A stretch of 64,000 nucleotides of DNA from Candidatus Marinacidobacterium sp. Lineage in GTDB: Bacteria; Acidobacteriota; Vicinamibacteria; Marinacidobacterales; Marinacidobacteraceae. Shown one piece after another: positions 1 to 9,228 of this stretch (the first letter of the stretch is position 1; each line of letters begins with the position of its first letter). The DNA lies in assembly GCA_965204755.1 (NCBI GenBank), contig OZ242011.1, positions 2,336,001 to 2,400,000 of the forward strand, given 5' to 3'. The notes under the pieces were generated by a model. The model made no database searches. It was not told the origin of the DNA and saw nothing but the letters and a program-made list of their open reading frames with translations. The position numbers were made by a program, and so were the translations under genes.

Positions 1-1909
1 CGCCGGGTCGAAGAAGGCGCGATACCCGAACCGCCTGCTGGGGTTGATGGACGAACTCCGCGACCGCGCGGACGGCCTGCTCCTGTTGACCGCGACGCCG
101 ATGCAGGTGGACGCGGTGGAACTGTGGGACCTGCTGTCGCTGCTCGGCCTGCCCGACGAATGGAGCGCGGACGCCTTCGTCCGCTTCTTCGAGGACGCCG
201 CGCAGCCGAACCCGGACCGGGAGACGCTGGCGCGGATGGCGCGCCTCTTCCGCTCCGCCGAAGGGGAATGGGGCCGGGCCGACCGGAAGGAAGTCCAGCG
301 CCGCACCGGCCTCGGCGTCATCCGGGCGAAGAAAGTGCTCGACCGCCTGCGCGACGCCGAAGCCTCCGGCCCGCTCGGCGACCTGTCGCTCGACGAGCGG
401 CGCGCCGCGGTCCGCGTGATGATCGACGGCTCGCCCGCGCGCCGGCTCATCTCCCGCAACACGCGGGAACTGCTGCGCCGCTACGCGGCGGCCGGCGCGG
501 ACATCCGCATCGCCCGCCGCCGGGTGGACGACCGGTTCGTGACCCTGCCGCCGGAGCAGGACGAGGCGTACCGCGCGGTGGAGCGCTACATCTCCGAGAC
601 CTACGACCGCGCGAGGAAGGCCGATCGCGCCGCCGTCGGCTTCGTGATGACGATCTACCGCCGCCGGCTGGCCAGCAGTTTCCGCGCGCTCCGCGCCACC
701 CTGGAGCGGCGCGCGGCGGCCCTTCGCGGCGAAGCGGCGCCGGGGGGCGAGTCGTGGATAGAAGAAGACCTCCCCGACGACGATCTCGACCCGGAGGCGG
801 CCGACGCGGACGAGGCGGCGCGGCTGGCGAAACGGGCGCTCGACCGCGAGGAAGTCACCGCCATCGAGGAGTTGCTGTTGCGGGTTCGCTCGCTGCCGCG
901 CGACGCGAAGTTCGCGGAGTTGCTGCGCGCGCTCGAGGGGTTGCGGTCCGACGGGTATGCGCAGGTCATGGTGTTCACGCAGTTCACGGACACGATGGAC
1001 TTCCTGCGCGAGGAGTTGGCCGGCGAGGGCGGCGGCCTCCGGCTGATGTGCTTCTCCGGGCGCGGCGGCGAAGTCCCCGAAGCGGGCGGCGGGTGGCGCG
1101 CGGTTTCCCGCAGCGAGGTGAAGGAGCGGTTCCGCAAGGGGCAGGCGGAAGTCCTGCTCTGCACCGACGCCGCCGCCGAAGGGCTGAACTTCCAGTTCTG
1201 CGGGGCGGTGGTGAACTACGACCTGCCCTGGAACCCGATGCGCGTGGAACAGCGGATCGGGCGGCTGGATCGGGTGGGCCAGGAGAAGGAAGTGATCCGC
1301 ATCGAGAACCTCCACTACGAGGACACGGTGGAGACGGTGGTGTACCGCGTCCTGCGCCAACGCATCGGCCTGTTCGAGCACTTCGTGGGCAGCCTGCAGC
1401 CGATCCTGGCCCGGTTGCCGGGCCGGATCCGCGACGCCGCCTTCGCCCCCGGCGGCGGTGGCGCGAGCAGCGCCCGCGCCGCGCAGGTGGCGGCGGAACT
1501 GGAACAGGCCGCCGACGAGTCGAAGCGCGCGCCGGGCGGCGGCGCCGTGTCCGCCTCCGGCCGCCCCGACCTCGACGCCGCCGGCGAGGACGAACTCCGC
1601 CTGCCGGAGCGCCCCCCGTCCCCGGTGACCCTGGACGACCTCGACCGCATCCTCCGCTGGCCGGATCTCCTGCCGCCGGGCTGGGGGGTCCGCCGCCTGG
1701 GAGACCGCGAATACGCCCTCCTCGCCCCGGGCCGGGCAGGGGAAGTCCGCGTCACCACCGACCCGGCCTACTACGACGAGCACCCCGGCAGCGTCGAACT
1801 CTGGTCCCCCGGCGGCCTCCTCTTCCCCACCGGCCCGGACGCCCCACCCGGCGCCCCGACGGAGGAAGTCCGCCGCTACCCGACCCTGAAGTCAATCTTG
1901 GACGCCTGA
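1..1909 (+). CDS. SNF2/SWI2-family helicase, 5'-truncated by the window edge; probably defence-associated
   Basis: Motif III LLLTATPMQ. Helicase-C motifs VMVFTQFTDT, TDAAAEGLNFQ and NYDLPWNPMRVEQRIGRLDRVGQ. The frame is open towards the window start. Confidence 0.9.
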   Translation, partial: AGSKKARYPNRLLGLMDELRDRADGLLLLTATPMQVDAVELWDLLSLLGLPDEWSADAFVRFFEDAAQPNPDRETLARMARLFRSAEGEWGRADRKEVQRRTGLGVIRAKKVLDRLRDAEASGPLGDLSLDERRAAVRVMIDGSPARRLISRNTRELLRRYAAAGADIRIARRRVDDRFVTLPPEQDEAYRAVERYISETYDRARKADRAAVGFVMTIYRRRLASSFRALRATLERRAAALRGEAAPGGESWIEEDLPDDDLDPEAADADEAARLAKRALDREEVTAIEELLLRVRSLPRDAKFAELLRALEGLRSDGYAQVMVFTQFTDTMDFLREELAGEGGGLRLMCFSGRGGEVPEAGGGWRAVSRSEVKERFRKGQAEVLLCTDAAAEGLNFQFCGAVVNYDLPWNPMRVEQRIGRLDRVGQEKEVIRIENLHYEDTVETVVYRVLRQRIGLFEHFVGSLQPILARLPGRIRDAAFAPGGGGASSARAAQVAAELEQAADESKRAPGGGAVSASGRPDLDAAGEDELRLPERPPSPVTLDDLDRILRWPDLLPPGWGVRRLGDREYALLAPGRAGEVRVTTDPAYYDEHPGSVELWSPGGLLFPTGPDAPPGAPTEEVRRYPTLKSILDA

Positions 1910-1969
1910 CCACGGTCGGGCGCCCCTCCGAAGTCGGCTTGGTCGACGAGCGGCGCCCGAACCTATCCC

Positions 1970-2995
1970 GTGTCGTTCGCGACGGTTCTCTGGGAGTGCT
2001 CGGTAGTCTTCGGTGCCGCGAGACTCGTGAGTTCGGCGACTGGTGCGGCGTTCGAGGTCCGGTCCATGGGCGAACGGTTCCCGTGGCAGCCGTATCACGC
2101 CCGAGAGGACCTGCTGTGGGTGCGTTGGAGCCCCGGGACGACCGCAAGACCGCCGCGACGAGCGCGACCAGATCCACTTACGCGACGGCCGGAGGAGCGG
2201 AGTCGGAAGTCTCGGAGGCGATTGCATACCGGCTCCTTCAAGTTCCGGCCATCAGCCATGCTTGGACTTCTCGCCAGGGTGGCCGCGGCGCCGCTCTCGG
2301 ATGCCGAGGCCATGGAGACGGTGGGCGCAACCTCGGAGCGGACATACGCCGAGTACTATCGCTTCCTGTTGGCCGGTGATCTCGTTTCTCGGTCCGGGGC
2401 GAGGGTTCAGGCTACTGATGCACTGATGTCGTTGACCACGGCGCTTCGAGACTCGGACTTCGACGGTATTCGAAGTTGCCTGGCGATGGTTCCGTCGTTC
2501 GGCGAATTCCTGCAGACGCTGGACGAGCGGCGCGGCCTGGAGAGAACGGAGTCCGGGATCCGAGCGTTTCCGGCGTACAGTGCGTTTGCAGAAATGTGCT
2601 GCGCCGGCATTCGCCTGGAGAGCGCGGTGATTCTCGCTACGCCGGAGAATCCGGTTCCTGAAGTGTTTGCGGAGATCGCGATCGCTGCCTATGACTCCGT
2701 ACGTCGTGGGGAGGCCCTCGTCCTCACCGGTTCTTGGTTGGAACACCTGGTGCGCGAGTTCCGCATCCACCCGGTGCGCGCGAGACAACGGCTTGCAGAG
2801 GCGAAGCAGGGTGGGCTACTCCGTCGCTACTTCGAGGGATCGACCCCGGAGACACGGTTTCCTGACCGGAAAGTCCATGTCCTGGAGAATCGCGAGGGGC
2901 ATCCGACTCTGCGAGAGGTCAATCTGTACCACGGCGATTTTCTGCATCCGGGACATTCCTCGGCTAGCATTCGCCTGGTGAGGACGACCGCATGA
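1970..2995 (+). CDS. Hypothetical protein; start uncertain, possibly N-terminally truncated
   Basis: 341-aa ORF with lower GC and a globular-looking C-terminal two-thirds. ATGA overlap with the downstream ATPase. Confidence 0.6.
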   Translation: MSFATVLWECSVVFGAARLVSSATGAAFEVRSMGERFPWQPYHAREDLLWVRWSPGTTARPPRRARPDPLTRRPEERSRKSRRRLHTGSFKFRPSAMLGLLARVAAAPLSDAEAMETVGATSERTYAEYYRFLLAGDLVSRSGARVQATDALMSLTTALRDSDFDGIRSCLAMVPSFGEFLQTLDERRGLERTESGIRAFPAYSAFAEMCCAGIRLESAVILATPENPVPEVFAEIAIAAYDSVRRGEALVLTGSWLEHLVREFRIHPVRARQRLAEAKQGGLLRRYFEGSTPETRFPDRKVHVLENREGHPTLREVNLYHGDFLHPGHSSASIRLVRTTA

Positions 2996-4146
2996 GCCTG
3001 CGCGAGCGCATGGGCGGGGCTGACCCGGAGTCGGTGCGCCGTGCCAGGTTCCGGCGATGGGGAGTCTTGGAGAACCCATTTCCTTCTGCCAACCAAACGA
3101 CCGGACATCCGCGTCTCGAAGACGCAGCGGATGAGCGGGTTGCGGACACCTTTCGGAGTTTTTCCGAAGGTGAGCGACAGTCGCAGGTACTGCTTGTCGA
3201 GGGTACCCAGGGGACCGGGAAGACCAACCTCCTGAAGTACTACGAAGATCAGTTCCGGGACTACCACCGGGATGACGAGGGGTACTACATCATCCGGTAC
3301 TACCCGGATCCGGAACCAACTCTCGACTCGGTAATTCGACAGACCTTTCTCGGCCTGGACCATGACCACTTCGCGAAGATCGGCAAGGAATTGAACGCAG
3401 CCGACACGGTGAGGAGGAACTCGGTAAAGGAGATCGCACGAGGTCACGAAGTGCGACTCGTGCTCAACAGTTTGCAGGATGGCGCCGTCAACGGCGACTT
3501 GGAGGACCGGAGTCGCTTGGCGGTCGAATGGTTCACCGGTATGCGCGTGTTGCGTCGGCATCGAGATGCGCTCGGCGTCAGTTTTCATCTCGACACCAAG
3601 GAGTCTCGTGTTCAAGCCCTCCGGGACATCGTCTATGTGAGTGAACGGTTGGACTTGCTTCGCGGCGTCTTCCTGCTCATGGATGAATTGGAGAAGCGGG
3701 ATCAGTCCTTCAGCACGACCCCGGTGCTGCGCTTCCTGCTCGCCGTACGGGCGCTCATCGACGCGCTGCCTCGCTGCCTGTTCTTGATGCTGGCGATGAC
3801 GGCCGAGGCGCGGCGCCGGTATTTCTCCATGCTTCCAGCCCTGGCCGGCAGACTGGAGAACAAGGTGACTCTGTCGCCGATCCAGGATCCCGAGGAAGCG
3901 GTGAAGTTGGCCAGGTTCTACTTGGACGAGGCACGGTCGGCGGCTATTGGAGACTTGCTGTCGCGTGGAGGTACCGAGGCTGCGGGGACCGCAGACCCGC
4001 TCGGCGCGGACGCCGTGCGCACGCTGTATCTCGGTCTGCTGGAGGAGGCGGAGAACCAAGGGACACAGGGAGTGCTCCAGCGAAAATTGCTGCATCGCCT
4101 GCGCGAGGCGTGGGCCGCGCGGACGGGTTCCGGGTCCGCCGGCTGA
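2992..4146 (+). CDS. P-loop (AAA+-like) ATPase
   Basis: Walker A GTQGTGKT, Walker B FLLMDELE, N-terminal GVLENPFP and an Arg-finger-like ALAGRL. Confidence 0.85.
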   Translation: MSLRERMGGADPESVRRARFRRWGVLENPFPSANQTTGHPRLEDAADERVADTFRSFSEGERQSQVLLVEGTQGTGKTNLLKYYEDQFRDYHRDDEGYYIIRYYPDPEPTLDSVIRQTFLGLDHDHFAKIGKELNAADTVRRNSVKEIARGHEVRLVLNSLQDGAVNGDLEDRSRLAVEWFTGMRVLRRHRDALGVSFHLDTKESRVQALRDIVYVSERLDLLRGVFLLMDELEKRDQSFSTTPVLRFLLAVRALIDALPRCLFLMLAMTAEARRRYFSMLPALAGRLENKVTLSPIQDPEEAVKLARFYLDEARSAAIGDLLSRGGTEAAGTADPLGADAVRTLYLGLLEEAENQGTQGVLQRKLLHRLREAWAARTGSGSAG

Positions 4147-4273
4147 CTCGTTCGCTGATCCTGAGCGGACGCGCCCTACACGGCCGAACCGGGCGGCCGG
4201 CGTTGCGACGGGCAGGTGGGCGGTAGAAGACCTCCGCGGAATCCGGCGACTGTCGGAAGGGGACTTGGCCTTC

Positions 4274-4443
4274 AGGTCACATCGCCTGGGATGTCGCGGT
4301 TCATCTGGTCGCGCCGTTCCTCCATGGACGCCACATAGGTCAATTCGCCGCGGCGCGTCTCCCCGATCGGGGAGATCGTCTCTACATTCGGCGCCAAGGG
4401 GAAGGGCGAAGGGCAATCGCTTCTCGGCGGCGATGCGCGCCAT
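4274..4443 (-). pseudogene. Degenerate partial copy of the RelB/DinJ antitoxin 3' half (boundaries approximate)
   Basis: Encodes MARIAAEKRLPFA and, after a frameshift, GELTYVASMEE. These match ARVAAEKRLPFA...GELTYVASVEE of the intact gene at 6646-6939. Confidence 0.7.
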
Positions 4444-4534
4444 CGGGGTCGCGGGCGCCCACGATCCGGCCGCTCGGCGCCCGAACCGGCGCTTCGTCCC
4501 TACGGCGCCGACGGCGGTCGGCGCTCTCCCCGTT
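4335..4534. repeat. Left copy of a 200-bp direct repeat (long target-site duplication) flanking the IS
   Basis: ATAGGTCAATTCGCC...GCTCTCCCCGTT reads identically at 6447-6646. Confidence 0.95.
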
Positions 4535-6446
4535 CTTGACTTCGACGGTTTGGCTTTGTAAGTGGTTGACAGTTGGGGATTTGGTTTCGTAGGCACACTA
4601 CAACCGGGGGGAGTCCGGCGGTGGGGTGTCGGAGGTCAGGCGACTTCGCGGAGTCGCCTCGGGGGTGGAACCGGCGTGGCCCGCCGGGGCAGTCGCAGGC
4701 CCACCAGCCGGTAGATCCGCTCCGCCTCCGGGGTGGCCTTCGAGGGCAGGAAGAACCACTCGTTCGTGCCCCGGTCGCAGCCGTGGGAGACCTCCACCCG
4801 GAGCAGTTCCCGCAGTAGCCGCTCCTCGCTCAGCGGCGCCTCCGGGTAGGCCCGGGCGTAACGCCAGCGCAGCAACCGGAGCAGCGCGAAGGCGGCGTAG
4901 CAGATCGCCAGGTGCGCCCGCACCCGCCGCTCCGTCCAGTGGAACACCGGGCGCACTTCCAGCGTGCCCTTCAGCACCCGGAACCCCTGCTCGATCCGCC
5001 ACAACCCCCCGTAGTGCGCCCGGATCTCCGCCGGCGGGTCCGCCAGGCTGGTGAACACCCCGTGGAGCCCGTCGAACCGCGCGTCCCGTTCCACCAGATC
5101 CGGGTCGAACCGCACCGCGTCCCGCCGCACCCGCAGGTAGCGCGCGGCCCGCCCCTTCCCCTTCACCCCCGACGCCTCCCGCTTCTTCGCCTGCTTCACC
5201 GCCTTCGCCCGGAGCCCCGCGTCCCGCTCCGCCTTCTTCGGGCAGTAACGCACCACCAGCCGAAGCCCCCGCAGCGCCCCCTCCTCCGCCCGGTGCTCCC
5301 GCAGCCGCTGCCCCGCCTCCCCCGAAGCCGCCCAAGACTCCGGCTCCGCCAGCGCCGCCAGGTCCTTCCCCCGCAACTGGCGGAGCTTCGCCGCCACCAC
5401 CCACTCGAAACCGGCCGCCGTCAACGCCTCCAGGTTCTTCGTCCCCAGCATCGCCGCGTCCGCCACCACCACCACCCGGCCGATCCGGTACCGCTCCCGC
5501 AACTCCCCCACCAACGGAAGCAGCGTCTTCACCTCCGCCGTGTTCCCCGGGAACACCCGATACCCCAGCGGCAAACCCTCCCGCGTCTGCAACAGCGCCA
5601 GCACCACCTGCACCCGGTGCGGCTTCTGGTCCTTGCTGTACCCCTTCGCCCGCAACCCGTCCTCCTGCTCCGAGGCGAACGAAAGGGTGGTCACATCCAT
5701 GAACACCACCTCCACCTCGCCCCCCAGCAGCCGCCGAACCTGCGTCCCCACCCGGGCGGTGAGCCGCGCGATCCGCTCCCCGTCCAGCCGGTCCATCATC
5801 CGGTAGAACTTCTCCACCGGGATCTCCAGCCCGTAGTTCCGCTGCGGGTCCTGCGCGTGGCCCCGCTTGCTCCGGCCCGGCTCCGCCAGCCGCAGCATCA
5901 CCGCATGCCGGAACACCCGACCGGACACCGGGTGCCCCGCACCCCACACCCCGTCCAGTCCGGCCTCGCTCCAGAGCGCGCCGAACACCTCGTGCACCCC
6001 CAGGGTCAGGCGGGCCTCCTCCTGCAGTTGGCTCACCTCCGACAACCGCGCCCGGCGCGTCCGCCGGTCCTGGCGGGCCTCCAGCGCCTGGCGCAGCAGC
6101 AGGTCGGTGGGGAACAGGGTGGGCCGACGGGCCAGCCGGAGTTCGGCCACCTTCCTCTCGGCCACTTCGACCAGGGCGTCGAGGGCCGGGCCTTCCGGGG
6201 CGGAGCCGATGGAGACCATCAGTTCCTGCCGGGGCCGGCCGCGGGCGTCGCGGAAGGACCGGACGATCTGGACGCCGACGCCGGGCCGGTTCTTCCGGCG
6301 GAACTTGCGGACGAACACGCGGGAATGATAGCAGTAAGTTACTCATCACCAAATACCACGGCACACTACAAACCGGATCCAAGCTGCCGCCCCAAGGGCA
6401 CCAAGGACTTCCCGGTCTCAGACCGGGCTAAACCGTCGAAGTCGAG
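4535..6446 (-). mobile_element. IS1634-family insertion sequence, 1,912 bp
   Basis: Terminal IRs CTTGACTTCGACGGTTTGGC (4535) and GCTAAACCGTCGAAGTCGAG (ends 6446) match 18/20. Single DDE transposase and long flanking direct repeats. Confidence 0.92.
4636..6318 (-). CDS. IS1634-family DDE transposase
   Basis: VFMDVTT (D), GYSKD, VVADAAM (D), YGGLWRIEQGFRVLK (E) and RPVFHW..RVRAHL; 560 aa. Confidence 0.92.
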   Translation of the reverse strand: MFVRKFRRKNRPGVGVQIVRSFRDARGRPRQELMVSIGSAPEGPALDALVEVAERKVAELRLARRPTLFPTDLLLRQALEARQDRRTRRARLSEVSQLQEEARLTLGVHEVFGALWSEAGLDGVWGAGHPVSGRVFRHAVMLRLAEPGRSKRGHAQDPQRNYGLEIPVEKFYRMMDRLDGERIARLTARVGTQVRRLLGGEVEVVFMDVTTLSFASEQEDGLRAKGYSKDQKPHRVQVVLALLQTREGLPLGYRVFPGNTAEVKTLLPLVGELRERYRIGRVVVVADAAMLGTKNLEALTAAGFEWVVAAKLRQLRGKDLAALAEPESWAASGEAGQRLREHRAEEGALRGLRLVVRYCPKKAERDAGLRAKAVKQAKKREASGVKGKGRAARYLRVRRDAVRFDPDLVERDARFDGLHGVFTSLADPPAEIRAHYGGLWRIEQGFRVLKGTLEVRPVFHWTERRVRAHLAICYAAFALLRLLRWRYARAYPEAPLSEERLLRELLRVEVSHGCDRGTNEWFFLPSKATPEAERIYRLVGLRLPRRATPVPPPRRLREVA

Positions 6447-6646
6447 ATAGGTCAATTCGCCGCGGCGCGTCTCCCCGATCGGGGAGATCGTCTCTACATT
6501 CGGCGCCAAGGGGAAGGGCGAAGGGCAATCGCTTCTCGGCGGCGATGCGCGCCATCGGGGTCGCGGGCGCCCACGATCCGGCCGCTCGGCGCCCGAACCG
6601 GCGCTTCGTCCCTACGGCGCCGACGGCGGTCGGCGCTCTCCCCGTT
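6447..6646. repeat. Right copy of the 200-bp direct repeat
   Basis: Identical by eye to 4335-4534 and begins immediately after the right IR. Confidence 0.95.
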
Positions 6647-6939
6647 CAGGCCCGGCGGTCGGCGCCGCCGCGATGCAGGCGGTCCCGCAACTCCTCGACG
6701 GACGCCACATAGGTCAGTTCGCCCCGCCGCGCCTCCTCGATCGCCTCGATCGTCTCCGCGTTCGGCGCGACGGGAGCGAAGGGCAACCGCTTCTCGGCGG
6801 CGACGCGCGCCAAAAACAGCCGAACCGCTTCGGACACCGTGAGCCCCATGGCGTCCAGCACGGCCGCAGCCTCTTCCAGAGTGTCCCGGTCGATCCGGGC
6901 GCGAACGACGGTGGCGGCGGTCCGGTCGGTAATCGTCAT
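6646..6939 (-). CDS. Type II TA antitoxin, RelB/DinJ family (alternative start 6948)
   Basis: VVRARIDRDTLEEAAAVLDAMGLTVSEAVRLFLARVAAEKRLPF..PNAETIEAIEEARRGE is a typical DinJ/RelB ribbon-helix-helix sequence. Confidence 0.88.
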   Translation of the reverse strand: MTITDRTAATVVRARIDRDTLEEAAAVLDAMGLTVSEAVRLFLARVAAEKRLPFAPVAPNAETIEAIEEARRGELTYVASVEELRDRLHRGGADRRA

Positions 6940-7293
6940 GCGTGGCATTGTGGCTTGAGGGAGCCCCGATGGAGCGCGGCCCGGCTCCCGACAGGCCGAG
7001 AAGCGAACTCGTGGACGGCGATTTTCGAGCGCCGACGCGGTATCCGGACCCGGCGAGCCGCGCGCCGGACGCTTCCCGTCACCCGAACCTCGGCGACTCC
7101 GGGCGAGAGGAACGGAGGGCGCCCGAGCGTCAGCCACCGCCGGCGCCCCCGATGGCGCTCGACCGCCTCCCGAGTCCTTCGGGCGCGGCCCCCCGGAGTG
7201 AGGAGTCCGTCCGTTCCGGCCCCGCCGGCCAGCGGGATTCGGAACTTCGGGGCTGTCTCCCTCGGCCGCGCGCGAGTGCCTACACTCCCACTC

Positions 7294-8547
7294 GTGATCC
7301 GTCGGATCGAGGCGCTCCGCTACCGGCGCCTCCGCCATGTGGAGGTCGAACTGGACGACTTCCAAGTGCTCGTGGGTCCCAACGCCGGCGGGAAGAGCAC
7401 GCTCCTCGATGCCGTCGTGTTCCTCGGGGAATTGGTCAACTTGGGCCCCCGTGAAGCCGTCAAGAGACGCACGAGCAATTTCCGGGACTTGGTGTGGAAT
7501 CGTCCCGACGACGACTTGGCGTTCGAGATCGCGGTCGAAGTCCAACTGCCGGACGAAGTACGGTCAGGGCTTCCCGATGGTTCGGACTACGACCGTGTTC
7601 GGTATGAAGTGGCCGTTCGGGAGGATCCGGCCGCCGGGGTAGGAATAGACCGCGAGCAGTGGTTTCCGCTGATTTCGACGGCGCCGGAGGATCGCCATGT
7701 GGAGCGGTTTCCGAATCCGCGGACACCGCCCGCAACGATCTTCACGCCGTTCGGGCAGGCGCCGGGGAACTCCGGACCGAGCGATCTGCCCTTGGGAGGC
7801 GACCGCTCGACTCTGCCGAGCCGACCCGGCGCCGCCGGCCACGACTCGAACTGGCGGGACCGATCGGCATTGGGCCATCTCCTCATCAGCCCCGATCGCG
7901 TGGCGAACGCTCTCTGGTTGGAGCGGGACCTCTGGAATGTCGCCTTCGTCGCATTGAACAACGGGGTTCTGCGCCACGCCAGCCCGCGGCAAGGGAGTTT
8001 CGAACACCTGAACTCCGACGGCTCCAACCTGCCGTGGATGGTGCAACGCCTGAAGACCGAAGATCCTGAGTCCTATCGCGAGTGGATCGAGCATGTTCGT
8101 ACGGTCATTCCAGAGTTGGTGTCCGTGGACGCGGTCGAGCGCCCGGACGACCGCCATGCCTACCTCGTGGTGAACTACGGAGGCGGTCTGCCGGCGCCGT
8201 CTTGGACAGTTTCCGACGGCACTCTACGGTTTCTCACACTCACGCTGTTGGCGTATCTGCCCAACCAGCCCGGACGCTGCGTCGTGGAGGAGCCGGAAAA
8301 CGGAATCCACCCCCTGGCGATGGACGCGGTGTACGACTCGTTGCGATCCATGTACGACTCACAGGTCTTCGTGGTGACCCACTCTCCGACTCTGGTGCAG
8401 CGCGCCGAGGCCGACGAGATCCTCTGTTTCGCCAAGGACGAGGACGGAGCGACGGACATCGTCCGCGGAGATCGGCACCCGAGACTGAGGAACTGGCTCG
8501 ACAGCGCGGACACTGCGCTTCTGTTGTCCACCGGTGTATTCGGATGA
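7294..8547 (+). CDS. ABC/AAA_21-type ATPase (Mad3/AriA-like)
   Basis: GTG start giving IRRIEALRYRRL. Walker A GPNAGGKS, signature VSDGTLR, Walker B VVEEPENGIHP and H-loop VTHSP. Confidence 0.88.
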   Translation: MIRRIEALRYRRLRHVEVELDDFQVLVGPNAGGKSTLLDAVVFLGELVNLGPREAVKRRTSNFRDLVWNRPDDDLAFEIAVEVQLPDEVRSGLPDGSDYDRVRYEVAVREDPAAGVGIDREQWFPLISTAPEDRHVERFPNPRTPPATIFTPFGQAPGNSGPSDLPLGGDRSTLPSRPGAAGHDSNWRDRSALGHLLISPDRVANALWLERDLWNVAFVALNNGVLRHASPRQGSFEHLNSDGSNLPWMVQRLKTEDPESYREWIEHVRTVIPELVSVDAVERPDDRHAYLVVNYGGGLPAPSWTVSDGTLRFLTLTLLAYLPNQPGRCVVEEPENGIHPLAMDAVYDSLRSMYDSQVFVVTHSPTLVQRAEADEILCFAKDEDGATDIVRGDRHPRLRNWLDSADTALLLSTGVFG

Positions 8548-9200
8548 CTGCGGCGGAGACGCCGCGAGATCTGATGGTTCTGGTTGCCGACTCCGACACT
8601 CACCGAGTCATGGAATCGCTTCTATCGACTCCGGAGCGTCTGGGAATCCGTCAGATCACCTTCGCCATCGAAAGTCATGTCGGGCACGATCCGGGTTGCC
8701 GGAAGGGGTCGCCAGAGTTTCTTCGTTCTTACCTCGGAGATTTTCGCCACGCGCTGGTCCTTTTCGACCGGAAAGGTTGCGGCAGCACCAAAACGCGTCG
8801 AGAGATCCAGGAACAGGTTACGAGGGACCTTGCGGCCAACGGCTGGAATGATCGGGCGCGGGCGATCGTGATCGCGCCGGAATTGGAGGTCCTGGTCTGG
8901 GGGAGCGTGGAGAACTTGGCGCAAGTTCTCGGTTGGAGCGAAGGGGCCCTTCGCAGGTTCGTGACGAAGCGCGGTCTCCTTCCAGCCGACGGCCGAAAGC
9001 CGCTTCACCCGAAACACGCCTTCGGCGCCGTCGTCGGGCATTCCCCGCGCTCCGCCCGGCCGCGCAGAGTTTCCCCTCGCCCGTTCGGACAGTTGGCCGC
9101 GAACGCGCCCCTGGACGGATGCCGGGACCCGGCGTTCCGTGAGTTGCGGAAGACTCTCCGCACTTGGTTCCCGCCGGCCCCGCGCACCCACCGCAGGTAG
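8544..9200 (+). CDS. Mad4/DUF4276-like TOPRIM-fold partner protein
   Basis: ATGA overlap with the ATPase. DLMVLVAD, LGIR, HDPGC, ALVLFD, PELEVLVW and DPAF resemble the MADS Mad4 family. Confidence 0.7.
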   Translation: MTAAETPRDLMVLVADSDTHRVMESLLSTPERLGIRQITFAIESHVGHDPGCRKGSPEFLRSYLGDFRHALVLFDRKGCGSTKTRREIQEQVTRDLAANGWNDRARAIVIAPELEVLVWGSVENLAQVLGWSEGALRRFVTKRGLLPADGRKPLHPKHAFGAVVGHSPRSARPRRVSPRPFGQLAANAPLDGCRDPAFRELRKTLRTWFPPAPRTHRR

Positions 9201-9228
9201 CCGGCGTCGTCGCCGTCGCTTCCGCCCA

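Noticed and set aside
124-2379. 751-aa Arg/Gly/Pro-rich ORF and many similar long ORFs (e.g. 10753-13278, 36347-39382, 39277-43164)
   Set aside because: These are shadow frames of real genes in high-GC DNA and carry no recognisable motifs.
4566-4595. TTGACA -35 hexamer inside the IS left end
   Set aside because: No convincing -10 element at the proper spacing.
4335-6646. Composite transposon or prophage att sites
   Set aside because: The repeats abut the IRs of a single IS and no integrase is present, so a long target duplication explains them.
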